This document shows, in pieces, positions 7,714 through 16,779 of a stretch of DNA of 39,376 bases. Each line of letters begins with the position of its first letter. The first letter of the stretch is position 1. A model generated the notes under the pieces. It worked only from the letters and a program-made list of their open reading frames with translations, was not told where the DNA came from and did no database searches. The stretch comes from a virus, in the IMG/VR virus record IMGVR_UViG_3300045988_105434; one strand, given 5' to 3'. A program made the position numbers and the translations under genes.

Positions 7714-8058
7714 ATGGATACACGAGTATACCGCGCTTTTGAACAGCAGGTAGAAATGGGACAGAAGGGGCTGAAGGTCCTGGAAGACTGGGAAAATATG
7801 ACCGCAGAACAGAAGGCGGAACTGTATCCCCACGCTTCCGATTATGCGGCTATGGTAGATAGAGTGGCCAAGAGCAAGCAGTATTGCTCGGACTGCATCG
7901 ATGCGGCGCAGACCGTTGTAGACGCCATGGACGCTATGAAGAATATGGAGGCAGAAAAGAAACCAAAGCGCACGAAGAAAGCAAAGAAAGAAGAACCTAA
8001 GAAGGATCCAGACTTATTCGACGAAAAGACAGACGAAGAACTCGATGATCTATTCTAA
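7714..8058 (+). CDS. Hypothetical protein with a lysine-rich segment and an acidic DDLF tail
   Basis: ORF track. The C-terminus ...DEKTDEELDDLF resembles an SSB C-terminal tip. Confidence 0.55.
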   Translation: MDTRVYRAFEQQVEMGQKGLKVLEDWENMTAEQKAELYPHASDYAAMVDRVAKSKQYCSDCIDAAQTVVDAMDAMKNMEAEKKPKRTKKAKKEEPKKDPDLFDEKTDEELDDLF

Positions 8059-8069
8059 GAAGGTGTCTT

Positions 8070-9713
8070 ATGAAAACTTTAGCGGTCTACGAAAACGACA
8101 AGCTTTTTTCTGCTATCCGTGTCATCGGCTCGGGCGCTGATGAATCGGGGGCGCTTTATGCCATAGGAAAGCGGGCAGTCCAGTTCATATGCCCCGCCTG
8201 TGAATCGGGGTTCCTAACTTGTTGCGGCTTTCAAAACCCCTTTTATCCTTTTTCAGATATTGCGCAGTACCACTGCCCTTTGTGCGGCCGTTCCCTGAGT
8301 TTATACGATAACTATACGGCGCTCGAGTACTGGTGTTCTAACAATCGCCCACGGTACATTCCCTATAAGATCCGACTGTCTTTGGAAGAATACAAGAACT
8401 CTCTGGATTTGGATATCGTAACGGTCAATGCCCGATTGGACACGGAAAAATTTGCACTGTGCGGCGTGCGGAGAAGGTTAAAAATCCGTTTTGACTGTAA
8501 GAACCATTCTGTGGAGGTGCTAAGGGCGGGCGGTCGGCGACTTGACCGACTGGGGATGGTTTGGCCATTCAGGGCGGTAGAGAGGGATGTGCCCGAGGGG
8601 TATATCCTGCTAAGGGATACCCCGCTTAGGTATCTAAGTAAGGATAGCAGCATTCACGGCGAGGAACGGAAAAAGCTAGATGCCTTTATCCGGGCGCTCT
8701 ACGCGGCGGTGACGGAAAGGCTGGAAAAGCGAGTGGGGCATAAAATACGATCCGTGTATGTACCGTCAAATGGTGGGAATTTTGAACGGGGAATGTTAGA
8801 GGACCCTTTGGCCAATCTGGCCTGGCGTTGGGCCTTCCCAGAGGGGCGAAACCTCACTCGTGGTGAACGCTTATTTACACCTGATAAGGACGAGATTTTA
8901 GACCTGATGAACCTGATGGACAGGGGAAGACATGGGGAGCCTTACGTATACGCTATGAAGGGCGCCTATAGGCTTCCCGGGGGCAAGAAAACACTGTCGC
9001 TGCTTCCTACCGTGCCTCTCATGGATCTGGACAACCTCAAGCAGCTGGGCGTTATTCTCAAGACCCCTGAGTACTTCGTGGAAGGGGCGGCGAAGTGCCT
9101 GCAAACGATAAGCCGCCATAAAACGATATCGTGCCCCTTTACTATTGCGCTTCTCCGGCACCGGGGAAGCGCAGCGGTGAAGAACTTTGTGATGAAGCTT
9201 CTTGCTAAAGACTGGGGAACGGAGGAGGATGACACGGCCCGCACTTATGACCTACTTACCAACGAAAACAAGGCTCTATTCTGGGCGCAGAAACCACGGT
9301 CCCGAGATATGCACGATGCCCTGACAAGGCTGTATGACAAGCAGGTATACCAGGATATCCCATTACATTATGACGCCGAGGAAAGGAACATGGAAAAGGA
9401 AGTAGACGGCTTCCTTTTCCGCCTTCCTAAAAGTACGGGGGTTATCCGGGAGACAGGACGGCGGATGCACAATTGTGTGGGATCCTACTGCGACCGTGTG
9501 CGGGCGAAAGATTCGCTGATTGTAGTAGGCTATAAGGACCATACGACTAAAATCTGCATCGAGGTAAGACGCCGTAGCCTTATACAAGCAAAGCTTTTTG
9601 CCAATAAGGCCGTTAGCCGTGTACCAGACGTAAACGCCGCGGTCGTTACCTGGGCGAAACAGTGCGGTATTAGCTACAATACCACGTCGGACGTGAGGGA
9701 GGTGACATCTTGA
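8070..9713 (+). CDS. PcfJ-like domain protein with N-terminal CxxC pairs
   Basis: The C-terminal RETGRRMHNCVGSYCDRV...LIVV matches the PcfJ-like signature as I recall it. N-terminal CPACESG and CPLCGRS look like a zinc ribbon. Confidence 0.55.
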   Translation: MKTLAVYENDKLFSAIRVIGSGADESGALYAIGKRAVQFICPACESGFLTCCGFQNPFYPFSDIAQYHCPLCGRSLSLYDNYTALEYWCSNNRPRYIPYKIRLSLEEYKNSLDLDIVTVNARLDTEKFALCGVRRRLKIRFDCKNHSVEVLRAGGRRLDRLGMVWPFRAVERDVPEGYILLRDTPLRYLSKDSSIHGEERKKLDAFIRALYAAVTERLEKRVGHKIRSVYVPSNGGNFERGMLEDPLANLAWRWAFPEGRNLTRGERLFTPDKDEILDLMNLMDRGRHGEPYVYAMKGAYRLPGGKKTLSLLPTVPLMDLDNLKQLGVILKTPEYFVEGAAKCLQTISRHKTISCPFTIALLRHRGSAAVKNFVMKLLAKDWGTEEDDTARTYDLLTNENKALFWAQKPRSRDMHDALTRLYDKQVYQDIPLHYDAEERNMEKEVDGFLFRLPKSTGVIRETGRRMHNCVGSYCDRVRAKDSLIVVGYKDHTTKICIEVRRRSLIQAKLFANKAVSRVPDVNAAVVTWAKQCGISYNTTSDVREVTS

Positions 9714-12088
9714 ATAAGGAATTAGCTATAGCTACGGCTCCTAGCCGTTTCTCAAAGAGCTGGAAGAATCGGACGACGACATGGGACGAGCTGGTAGAGC
9801 AGCTAGAAACCCCGGCGAGAACCGGGGAGACTATGGCAGAGTACCGCGCCATGAAGAAGTCAGAGCGAGATAACCGTAAGGATGTGGGCGGCTTCGTGTG
9901 TGGCCGCCTGAAGGATGGACGGCGAAAGAAAGATTGTGTCTTGTATCGTAGCGCAGTAACACTCGATGCCGATTCCGCCAGTAGGGACTTCCTAGACCGT
10001 CTGGGCGTGCTGCCCTGCGCTTGGGCGGTTTACTCCACCCACAGCCATACGGAGGAATCGCCGCGGTATCGCTTGGTTGTGCCTTTAGGTAGAAATGTAA
10101 CGCCGGAAGAATACCAGGCCATTTCTAGGAAGCTGGCGGACATGGTGGATATAGAAGCCATGGATCCCACTACCTACGATATTGAACGGTTGATGTATCT
10201 GCCTTCCTGCCCTAGCGACGCGCCCTATATCATGCGGCACCAGGATACGGAGTTTTTAGACCCGGACACGATACTGGCCACCTATGAGGACTGGCGCGAT
10301 GTGTCTACCTGGCCGGCCAGTGCTAGAGAATCCAAAGTTATCAAGAAGCTGGCCACGGGAAGACAGGCGGATCCTCTGGCTAAAGGGGGCGTTATCGGTG
10401 CTTTCTGCAGGGCCTACCCTATCTCTAGGGCGATTGGGGCCTTCTTGGCCAACGTCTATACCCCGACAGAGAAAGATGATCGCTACACCTATGCCCCTGG
10501 GAGTACGGTGGGCGGGGCGGTGGTGTACGATGATAAGTTTATGTATTCCCATCATGCCACGGATCCGGCGGGTAACAGGTTGTGTAATGCCTTCGATCTG
10601 GTACGGATTCACTACTATGGCGACCAGGACGAGGAGGTAGTACCGGGCACTCCGGTTGCTAAGCTGCCATCCTTCACCGCAATGAAAAAGTTCGCCAGAA
10701 ACGATCCGGATGTCAAGGAAATACTAAGGAATGAGAGCTTGGCCAGTCTGGGGGCGGCCTTTGGCGAAGAAAAGGTCGAGGGCATAGATTGGAAAGCGAA
10801 GCTTGAATGGAGTGACGGGGAACACCCCAAAATTCTTCCTAATGCGTTCAATTTCAAACTGATACTAGAAAACGACGAGAACCTGAAAGACGCGGTAGGT
10901 ACGAACACTTTTGCATCCCGTATGCAGATAAAGCATAAAGTCCCTTGGCGAACCCGGGAAGACTATAGGGATTTGAACTGGAGGGACACTGACGACGCGG
11001 GGCTTCGTAACTATCTATCAACCACCTACAAATTGGTAAGCCGTCAAGTCATCGATGATGCGCTGTCTGAAGTGGCAGGGCGGCATGCCTTCCACCCGGT
11101 CAGGGAGTACCTGGCGGGGCTTACCTGGGACGGCACGCCACGAGCTAGGAGTATTTTCATCGACTGGCTGGGGGCAGAGGATAGCGTCTACACCCGGGAG
11201 GTAACGGAGAAGTGGCTTCTAGCTGCTGTGACTCGCGTCATGCGGCCCGGGTATAAGTTCGACTATTGTCTGGTACTCTTGGGCCCGCAGGGTATCGGTA
11301 AAAGTACGGTGCTGGCCAGGCTAGGGGGCCGCTGGTTCTGTGATTCACTGGTGTCTTTCAAAGGCAAGGATGCTATGGAGATGCTGCTAGGTCATACGAT
11401 CATCGAGCTTTCTGAAATGCAGGCGGCCACTAGGGCGGAGAATGACCAGGTCAAGGCCTTTATTTCCCGTACAGAGGACAAGTATCGGGCGGCCTATGGT
11501 CGTCGGTATCAGAGTTACCCCCGCCAATGCGTTTTTGCGGCTACGACTAACGAGACCGATTTCTTAAAGGATAGGACCGGCGGCCGCCGCTTCTGGGCGC
11601 TTTCCTGTGAAGCTATGGGGCGGCCTATAGTCGAGCTGGATAGGGACTATATCGATCAGCTGTGGGCGGAGGTCTATCAGTGGTATCTGAAGAGGGAAAC
11701 CATCGACCTGGAGCTTTCGGCGGAAAGCCTCAAAGTAGCGAGAAAGCTGCAAGAAGAGCATACAGAGGGGGCGGAACGGAAAGCCTTGGTGCAGTCTTAC
11801 TTGGATACCTTGCTACCGGAAGACTGGGAGACCCTGGATATAGGTTCCAGGCGCTATTATCTACGGGATCCGGTGCAAATAGCGGAAAAGGGAAAGGTAC
11901 AGCGGCGCAGGGTCTGCATCCTGGAAATCTGGTGTGAACTGCTGGAAGGAAACAAGAAGGATATGAAGAACCTGGACGCTAGGGAGCTCAATGCCATTAT
12001 GCAGTCGTTGCCCGATTGGAAGGCGGGGACGACGGCGAGATTTGGGGGAGAGTATGGTATCCAAAGAGTCTATTTTAGAAGTGCTTAG
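9710..12088 (+). CDS. Primase/helicase, VirE-family P-loop NTPase
   Basis: 792 aa. Walker A LLGPQGIGKST, Walker B-like HTIIELSEM, and a primase-polymerase-like N-terminal half. TTG start after GGGAGG. Confidence 0.8.
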   Translation: MNKELAIATAPSRFSKSWKNRTTTWDELVEQLETPARTGETMAEYRAMKKSERDNRKDVGGFVCGRLKDGRRKKDCVLYRSAVTLDADSASRDFLDRLGVLPCAWAVYSTHSHTEESPRYRLVVPLGRNVTPEEYQAISRKLADMVDIEAMDPTTYDIERLMYLPSCPSDAPYIMRHQDTEFLDPDTILATYEDWRDVSTWPASARESKVIKKLATGRQADPLAKGGVIGAFCRAYPISRAIGAFLANVYTPTEKDDRYTYAPGSTVGGAVVYDDKFMYSHHATDPAGNRLCNAFDLVRIHYYGDQDEEVVPGTPVAKLPSFTAMKKFARNDPDVKEILRNESLASLGAAFGEEKVEGIDWKAKLEWSDGEHPKILPNAFNFKLILENDENLKDAVGTNTFASRMQIKHKVPWRTREDYRDLNWRDTDDAGLRNYLSTTYKLVSRQVIDDALSEVAGRHAFHPVREYLAGLTWDGTPRARSIFIDWLGAEDSVYTREVTEKWLLAAVTRVMRPGYKFDYCLVLLGPQGIGKSTVLARLGGRWFCDSLVSFKGKDAMEMLLGHTIIELSEMQAATRAENDQVKAFISRTEDKYRAAYGRRYQSYPRQCVFAATTNETDFLKDRTGGRRFWALSCEAMGRPIVELDRDYIDQLWAEVYQWYLKRETIDLELSAESLKVARKLQEEHTEGAERKALVQSYLDTLLPEDWETLDIGSRRYYLRDPVQIAEKGKVQRRRVCILEIWCELLEGNKKDMKNLDARELNAIMQSLPDWKAGTTARFGGEYGIQRVYFRSA

Positions 12089-12350
12089 GTTTACAAATGA
12101 CGGAGCGAAAGATGTAAACGGAAATATTTTTAGGTGTAAACGAAATTATAATTGCGTTTACACCTTCTGTTTACGCTTTGAGCCCCGATACTATCGAAGT
12201 TTATTGGATGTGTAAACAATGTAAACAATTTTTCTATAGAGACTTTGAAATTATAGAATTTATAGACCTTTATAGTATCTATAAACTCTATAAATTCTAT
12301 AATTCGCCCTAGCTAAGTAAAACTCTGTTTTTCTGTTTACACCGTTTACA
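12089..12350. repeat. Iteron-rich intergenic region: putative replication origin
   Basis: Nine copies of GTTTAC(A/G) or its complement TGTAAAC start at 12089, 12113, 12135, 12156, 12169, 12211, 12220, 12335 and 12344. Seven (C/T)TATA(G/A)(A/T) boxes start at 12234, 12251, 12260, 12270, 12279, 12288 and 12297, mostly 9-10 bp apart. Confidence 0.55.
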
Positions 12351-12359
12351 GAAAGGAAA

Positions 12360-12695
12360 ATGAAGATGCTAGATGAGAGCAAAGTTGACAAATATCTCGC
12401 AAGAATTGTCGACCGGGAAGGCGGGCAAAGCTTGAAATTTGTATCCCCCGGAATGGCAGGGGTGCCTGACCGGATTGTTATACTACCGGGCGGGGTTCTC
12501 TGGTTTGTAGAGCTGAAGGCACCTCATAAGAAACCTAGGGCCTTACAACGGTTTGTGATGAGGAGGCTCCGAAAACTGGGCTGTCAGGTGGTAACCATTG
12601 ACAACAAGAAGACGGTCAAGGCCTTCGTGGGTTTACGGGTAAGGAGGCGTGATCATGCGGTTTGTCTCACACAAGTATCAACAGAACGTAATTAA
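12360..12695 (+). CDS. VRR-NUC domain nuclease
   Basis: GVPDRIVILPGGVLWFVELKAPHKKPRALQ matches the PD-(D/E)xK VRR-NUC core. Confidence 0.8.
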   Translation: MKMLDESKVDKYLARIVDREGGQSLKFVSPGMAGVPDRIVILPGGVLWFVELKAPHKKPRALQRFVMRRLRKLGCQVVTIDNKKTVKAFVGLRVRRRDHAVCLTQVSTERN

Positions 12696-14025
12696 CCATA
12701 TTTTGTCCCACCATGGCACGGGGGTATTTCTGGACATGGGGTTGGGGAAAACAGCGATCACTTTGATGGCCATACTGATAGAAATCTATGATCTTCTGGA
12801 AGTTGACAAAGTTCTGATCATCGCGCCTAAAAAGGTGGCGGAGGCTACCTGGCAGGACGAGGCAGCCAAGTGGGAGGATTTCAAGGGCTTACGCATCAGT
12901 ACCGTACTGGGGACGGAAAAGCAGCGTACAAGGGCTTTGGCCACGGAGGCTGATATCTATATCATTAACCGGGAAAATACGGAGTGGCTCATAAGGTACT
13001 ACAATGGGAAGCTTCCTTTTACTATGTTGGTGGTCGACGAGAGTACCAGTTTCAAGGACCCGAAGACAAGACGCTGGAGGGCGCTTAAGAAGGTACGGAC
13101 GTGCTTCAGTAAGGTCATTATCCTGACAGGTACGCCAAGGCCAAACAGCCTGATGGATCTGTGGGCGCAGATTTATTTACTGGACGGGGGCGATAGGCTG
13201 GGGAAGACAATTACAGAGTACAGAAATAACTATTTCATACCGGATAAACAGAACGGCCCCATCGTGTATAGCTACCGCATCCGAAACAAGGAAGCAGAAA
13301 GAGAGGTGTATGACCATATCAAGGATATCTGTATTTCTATGAAGGCGTCGGATTACTTGGAGCTTCCTGCGAGGCTCCCTCCGGTGGAGGTTCCGGTAGT
13401 ACTGGATGCCAAAGCGTGGGGGGTCTACAAGAAGATGGAGAAGGACTGTGTATTGGAGCTGCAAGGGAAGGAGATAACGGCTACCGCGGCCGCAGCGGTA
13501 AGTAATAAATTGCTTCAGATGGCTAACGGGGCGGTATATGACGACGAGAAAAATGTGGTGGAAGTACACCGGGCTAAACTGGCGGCGTTAAGGGAAATCA
13601 TAGACGCTGCCAGTGGTCCGGTTCTTGTGTTCTATAATTTCCGCCATGACTTAGCTAGGATTTTGGAGGAATTCAAGGAAGCCAGAGAGCTGAAGAACGC
13701 AGAGGATATCCGCGCGTGGAATGCGGGGCATATCAAGATGCTACTGGCCCATCCGGCCAGCGCCGGCTATGGGCTAAATCTACAAGCGGGCGGTCATATC
13801 ATCGTGTGGTATGGTCTTACGTGGAGCCTGGAGCAGTATTTACAGGCCAATGCCCGACTGGACCGTCAGGGGCAGAAAGAGCCCGTTATCATCCATCACC
13901 TGATAGCTAAGGGTACGATGGACGAGGCGGTGATGCGGGCTTTGGCTACAAAGAAAAAAGGGCAGGACGCTATGATGGCGGCTGTCGGTGAATTGGTACG
14001 AGGAGGTGAGAGTAGTGGAAAATAA
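12655..14025 (+). CDS. SNF2-family helicase/ATPase
   Basis: Walker A-like DMGLGKT, DExx box LVVDESTSFK, and a helicase C region (GLNLQAGGHIIVWYGLTWSLEQYLQANARLDRQGQ). ATG at 12655 lies 7 nt after AAGGAGG. Confidence 0.85.
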   Translation: MRFVSHKYQQNVINHILSHHGTGVFLDMGLGKTAITLMAILIEIYDLLEVDKVLIIAPKKVAEATWQDEAAKWEDFKGLRISTVLGTEKQRTRALATEADIYIINRENTEWLIRYYNGKLPFTMLVVDESTSFKDPKTRRWRALKKVRTCFSKVIILTGTPRPNSLMDLWAQIYLLDGGDRLGKTITEYRNNYFIPDKQNGPIVYSYRIRNKEAEREVYDHIKDICISMKASDYLELPARLPPVEVPVVLDAKAWGVYKKMEKDCVLELQGKEITATAAAAVSNKLLQMANGAVYDDEKNVVEVHRAKLAALREIIDAASGPVLVFYNFRHDLARILEEFKEARELKNAEDIRAWNAGHIKMLLAHPASAGYGLNLQAGGHIIVWYGLTWSLEQYLQANARLDRQGQKEPVIIHHLIAKGTMDEAVMRALATKKKGQDAMMAAVGELVRGGESSGK

Positions 14026-14161
14026 AGAAATCGATCAATATATCGAAGAACTGGAAGAACAGAAAGACGAGCGGGACGTCGCGGCTATTATTCTGGGGTT
14101 CGCCTTCATCGGAGTCCTTGGTATTTTAGTGACCGTCAGTATCTGTGGAGGTTTGGGCTAA
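14015..14161 (+). CDS. Small membrane protein (48 aa)
   Basis: AGGAGG 8 nt upstream of a GTG start. Sequence MENKEIDQYIEELEEQKDERDVAAIILGFAFIGVLGILVTVSICGGLG. Its stop overlaps the next ATG (TAATG). Confidence 0.4.
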   Translation: MENKEIDQYIEELEEQKDERDVAAIILGFAFIGVLGILVTVSICGGLG

Positions 14162-14451
14162 TGGCTAAGGCAGGAATGAAGCGTTATGTGAGCAATCATA
14201 AGGACCCGACATATGATCAAGCTTTGGGAAATATCCGAAAGCAAGAAAGAGCGGCCGCTTTTACGGCGATGCTAAAGGTACGTAGGGTGCTAGAGGCGGC
14301 GGGCTATGTTCTGTGGTGCGATCTGAAAATCAGAAGCGATAGAAGCGGCGAGGTCTATGTGAGTAAGTCTGAGTATGTCGGCGTGCGGTTTAAGCACTCC
14401 AGCGGTTCACTAAATCATGGCCGCCACAGGATACCGGATTGTGAAAAATGA
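14161..14451 (+). CDS. Hypothetical protein
   Basis: ORF track; GGAGG upstream; no recognisable motif. Confidence 0.5.
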   Translation: MAKAGMKRYVSNHKDPTYDQALGNIRKQERAAAFTAMLKVRRVLEAAGYVLWCDLKIRSDRSGEVYVSKSEYVGVRFKHSSGSLNHGRHRIPDCEK

Positions 14452-14521
14452 TCTGGTGATCGAGAAAGTAAGGGCCGGAAACAAATATATCTTCCATAAG
14501 GTGAAAGAAGGAGGCAGCTAA

Positions 14522-14950
14522 ATGAGTGAAGCGAAGGATTTTCTGGAAATGGTACGGGAAAAGCGCAGGAAGGTGCGGCGCATGGAAGAGGCGCTGGCGG
14601 AGAATACGGCTCGGGCAGAATCGGTGACGGGGCTCGCCTTCACCGAGCGGGTGCAGACCTCGAACAAATCCACCATCGATGCCACGCTGGCAGCTCTCGA
14701 AGAAGAGCGGCAGAAGCTGGTGGACGCACAGAACGAGCTGAAAGACATGACGGAACGGGCTAAAGCCCTCATCAACACGGTCAGGGAGGATGAGGTGACG
14801 TGGCAGATCCTGTGGCACCACTATATCCTCGGGGAGAGCTGGAAAGAGATGTCCGCCCGGCTGCACTATAGCAGGACCAGTCTGTATCTGAAACTCGAGC
14901 AGGGATTGGGCTTGATTCAAGAAAAATTGAACACTACTGAACATGATTGA
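14522..14950 (+). CDS. DUF1492-type late transcription regulator (sigma-70 region 4-like HTH)
   Basis: C-terminal WQILWHHYILGESWKEMSARLHYSRTSLYLKLEQGL is region-4-like. N-terminal coiled coil. Sits directly upstream of the terminase genes. Confidence 0.65.
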   Translation: MSEAKDFLEMVREKRRKVRRMEEALAENTARAESVTGLAFTERVQTSNKSTIDATLAALEEERQKLVDAQNELKDMTERAKALINTVREDEVTWQILWHHYILGESWKEMSARLHYSRTSLYLKLEQGLGLIQEKLNTTEHD

Positions 14951-14967
14951 ACACGACTGAACATAAA
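14928..14967 (+). repeat. Four phased 10-bp repeats TGAACA(c/t)nnn
   Basis: TGAACA starts at 14928, 14938, 14948 and 14958, exactly one helical turn apart, spanning the regulator's stop codon. Confidence 0.6.
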
Positions 14968-14985
14968 AATGTGTTAAACTATAGA
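14958..14985 (+). promoter_or_regulatory. Candidate late promoter
   Basis: The fourth TGAACA serves as a -35-like element, followed by a 16-nt spacer and TATAGA (14980-14985). The match to consensus is weak, which fits activator dependence. Confidence 0.3.
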
Positions 14986-15035
14986 AAAGGAATTGGGCAA
15001 AAGGCATTGTAAATCGTTTTCCTCCTTTGCAAAAG

Positions 15036-15059
15036 GCTCGCGGCAACGCGGGCTTTTTT
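15036..15059 (+). terminator. Intrinsic terminator in the leader upstream of terS
   Basis: Stem gctcgcg / cgcgggc (one G.U pair), loop gcaa, then T6. Confidence 0.55.
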
Positions 15060-15094
15060 GCTGCTATTTTCGAGAAGTGAGGTGGTGACAGGGG

Positions 15095-15541
15095 ATGAAG
15101 TCGCTGACGGTGAAGCAGCGGCGGTTCGTAGACGCATATATCGAGACGGGAAATGCGGCGGAAGCCGCCAGACGGGCAGGCTATAAATCACGCAATGCTG
15201 ATGTGATGGGCCGTGAAAACTTACGAAAACCTACGGTCAGAAAAGTACTGGAGGCCCGGTTGAAAGAGCTCGAGGACGCGCAGATCGCCGAGGCCCGCGA
15301 AGTGCTCATCTATCTCACCTCGGCCATGCGCGGGGAAATCGAAGAGGAGGTCGTTGTCGTGGAAGGGACTGGCGTCGGCCGCAGCGCGGCGAGAATCATA
15401 GAAAAACAGATCGGGGCCAATGACCGTATCAAAGCAGCGGTGCAGCTGGCGAAGCGCTACGGACTGGACAGGCCGGAAGATGCTGACGGTGAGGCGCACA
15501 TTACATTCAAGTTTGAAAGAGGCGGGGATGATGGAAATTAA
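15095..15541 (+). CDS. terS: Terminase small subunit
   Basis: LTVKQRRFVDAYIETGNAAEAARRAGYKSRNADVMGRENLRKPTV is the classic terS HTH. Confidence 0.85.
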   Translation: MKSLTVKQRRFVDAYIETGNAAEAARRAGYKSRNADVMGRENLRKPTVRKVLEARLKELEDAQIAEAREVLIYLTSAMRGEIEEEVVVVEGTGVGRSAARIIEKQIGANDRIKAAVQLAKRYGLDRPEDADGEAHITFKFERGGDDGN

Positions 15542-16775
15542 CGTAGCGGACCATGTGGGGCCTGCTTTTGATGCCGTATTCCAAGACATCATTCATCACC
15601 GTCATACCCATTATTGGATGAAAGGCGGCCGCGGCAGTACGAAGTCGTCTTTTGTGAGTGTCGTGCTGCCTATCCTGCTTTTGCAAAATCCCAAGTGCCA
15701 TGCGGTCGTACTCCGAAAAGTCGGGAACACCATCAAGACATCGGTTTATCCGCAGGTATTATGGGGAATCGATGCTATGGGCCTTAATGGTTTGTTTTCC
15801 GCAAAGATTTCCCCGCCGGAAATCACCCTGAAGCATACGGGGCAGAAGATTTATTTCATGGGCGATGATGATCCCATGAAGCTCAAGTCCATCAAGCCGC
15901 AATTCGGCTATATCGGTGTGGTGTGGTTTGAAGAATTCGACCAGTTCGCCGGTATGGAAGAGATCCGGAATCTGAACCAGTCCTTGCTTCGCGGCGGTGA
16001 TAAATACTGGGAGTTCTGTTCTTTCAATCCGCCAAAGTCGAGAAACAACTGGGTGAATGAAGAACAGCTCTATGACGATGCGGACAGGCTGGTACACCAT
16101 TCCACCTATTTGCAGGTCCCGAAGGAATGGCTAGGCAGCCAGTTTCTGCTGGAAGCGGACAAGCTGAAGGGGAAGAATCTCAAGAGCTACGAGCATGAGT
16201 ATCTGGGAAAAGTCACAGGGACCGGCGGCACCGTATTCGAGAATGTGGAGGATCTGCGCATGAGCAATGAGATGATCGCACAATTCGACAGGCTGCATTG
16301 CGGGCTGGACTTTGGCTTTGCAGTCGATCCGTTGGCTTTCGTCCAAATGCACTATGACGCCAAGAAGGAAGAGCTGTATATCTTTGACGAAGTATACCAG
16401 CAGAAACTCACGAACCGCGCTGTGGCGCAAATTCTGCGCGCCAAGCACCTCACGGCACCGATCATTGCCGACTCTGCAGAGCCGAAGAGCATTGCTGAAA
16501 TACGTGACATGGGCTTCAACATTATCGGATGCCGCAAAGGGCCTGATAGTGTAGCTTACGGTATCAAATGGCTGCAGGAACGGCGGAAGATATACATCGA
16601 TAAGCGCAGGTGCCCGAACACATACAGGGAATTTACCTGCTACGAATACGAGAGAAATCGTCAGGGGCAGTTTATTTCTGCCTACCCTGACGCAGACAAC
16701 CACGCTATCGATGCCACGAGATACGCCTGCCAGAATGAAATGGCTAGGGCTAGAGTGAAGATTTTAAGGAGGTGA
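15528..16775 (+). CDS. terL: Terminase large subunit (PBSX-type)
   Basis: Walker A MKGGRGSTKS. The ATG at 15528 overlaps the terS end; the track's upstream start at 15420 is unlikely. The nuclease half carries DADNHAIDATRY. Confidence 0.9.
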   Translation: MMEINVADHVGPAFDAVFQDIIHHRHTHYWMKGGRGSTKSSFVSVVLPILLLQNPKCHAVVLRKVGNTIKTSVYPQVLWGIDAMGLNGLFSAKISPPEITLKHTGQKIYFMGDDDPMKLKSIKPQFGYIGVVWFEEFDQFAGMEEIRNLNQSLLRGGDKYWEFCSFNPPKSRNNWVNEEQLYDDADRLVHHSTYLQVPKEWLGSQFLLEADKLKGKNLKSYEHEYLGKVTGTGGTVFENVEDLRMSNEMIAQFDRLHCGLDFGFAVDPLAFVQMHYDAKKEELYIFDEVYQQKLTNRAVAQILRAKHLTAPIIADSAEPKSIAEIRDMGFNIIGCRKGPDSVAYGIKWLQERRKIYIDKRRCPNTYREFTCYEYERNRQGQFISAYPDADNHAIDATRYACQNEMARARVKILRR

Positions 16776-16779
16776 GAAC

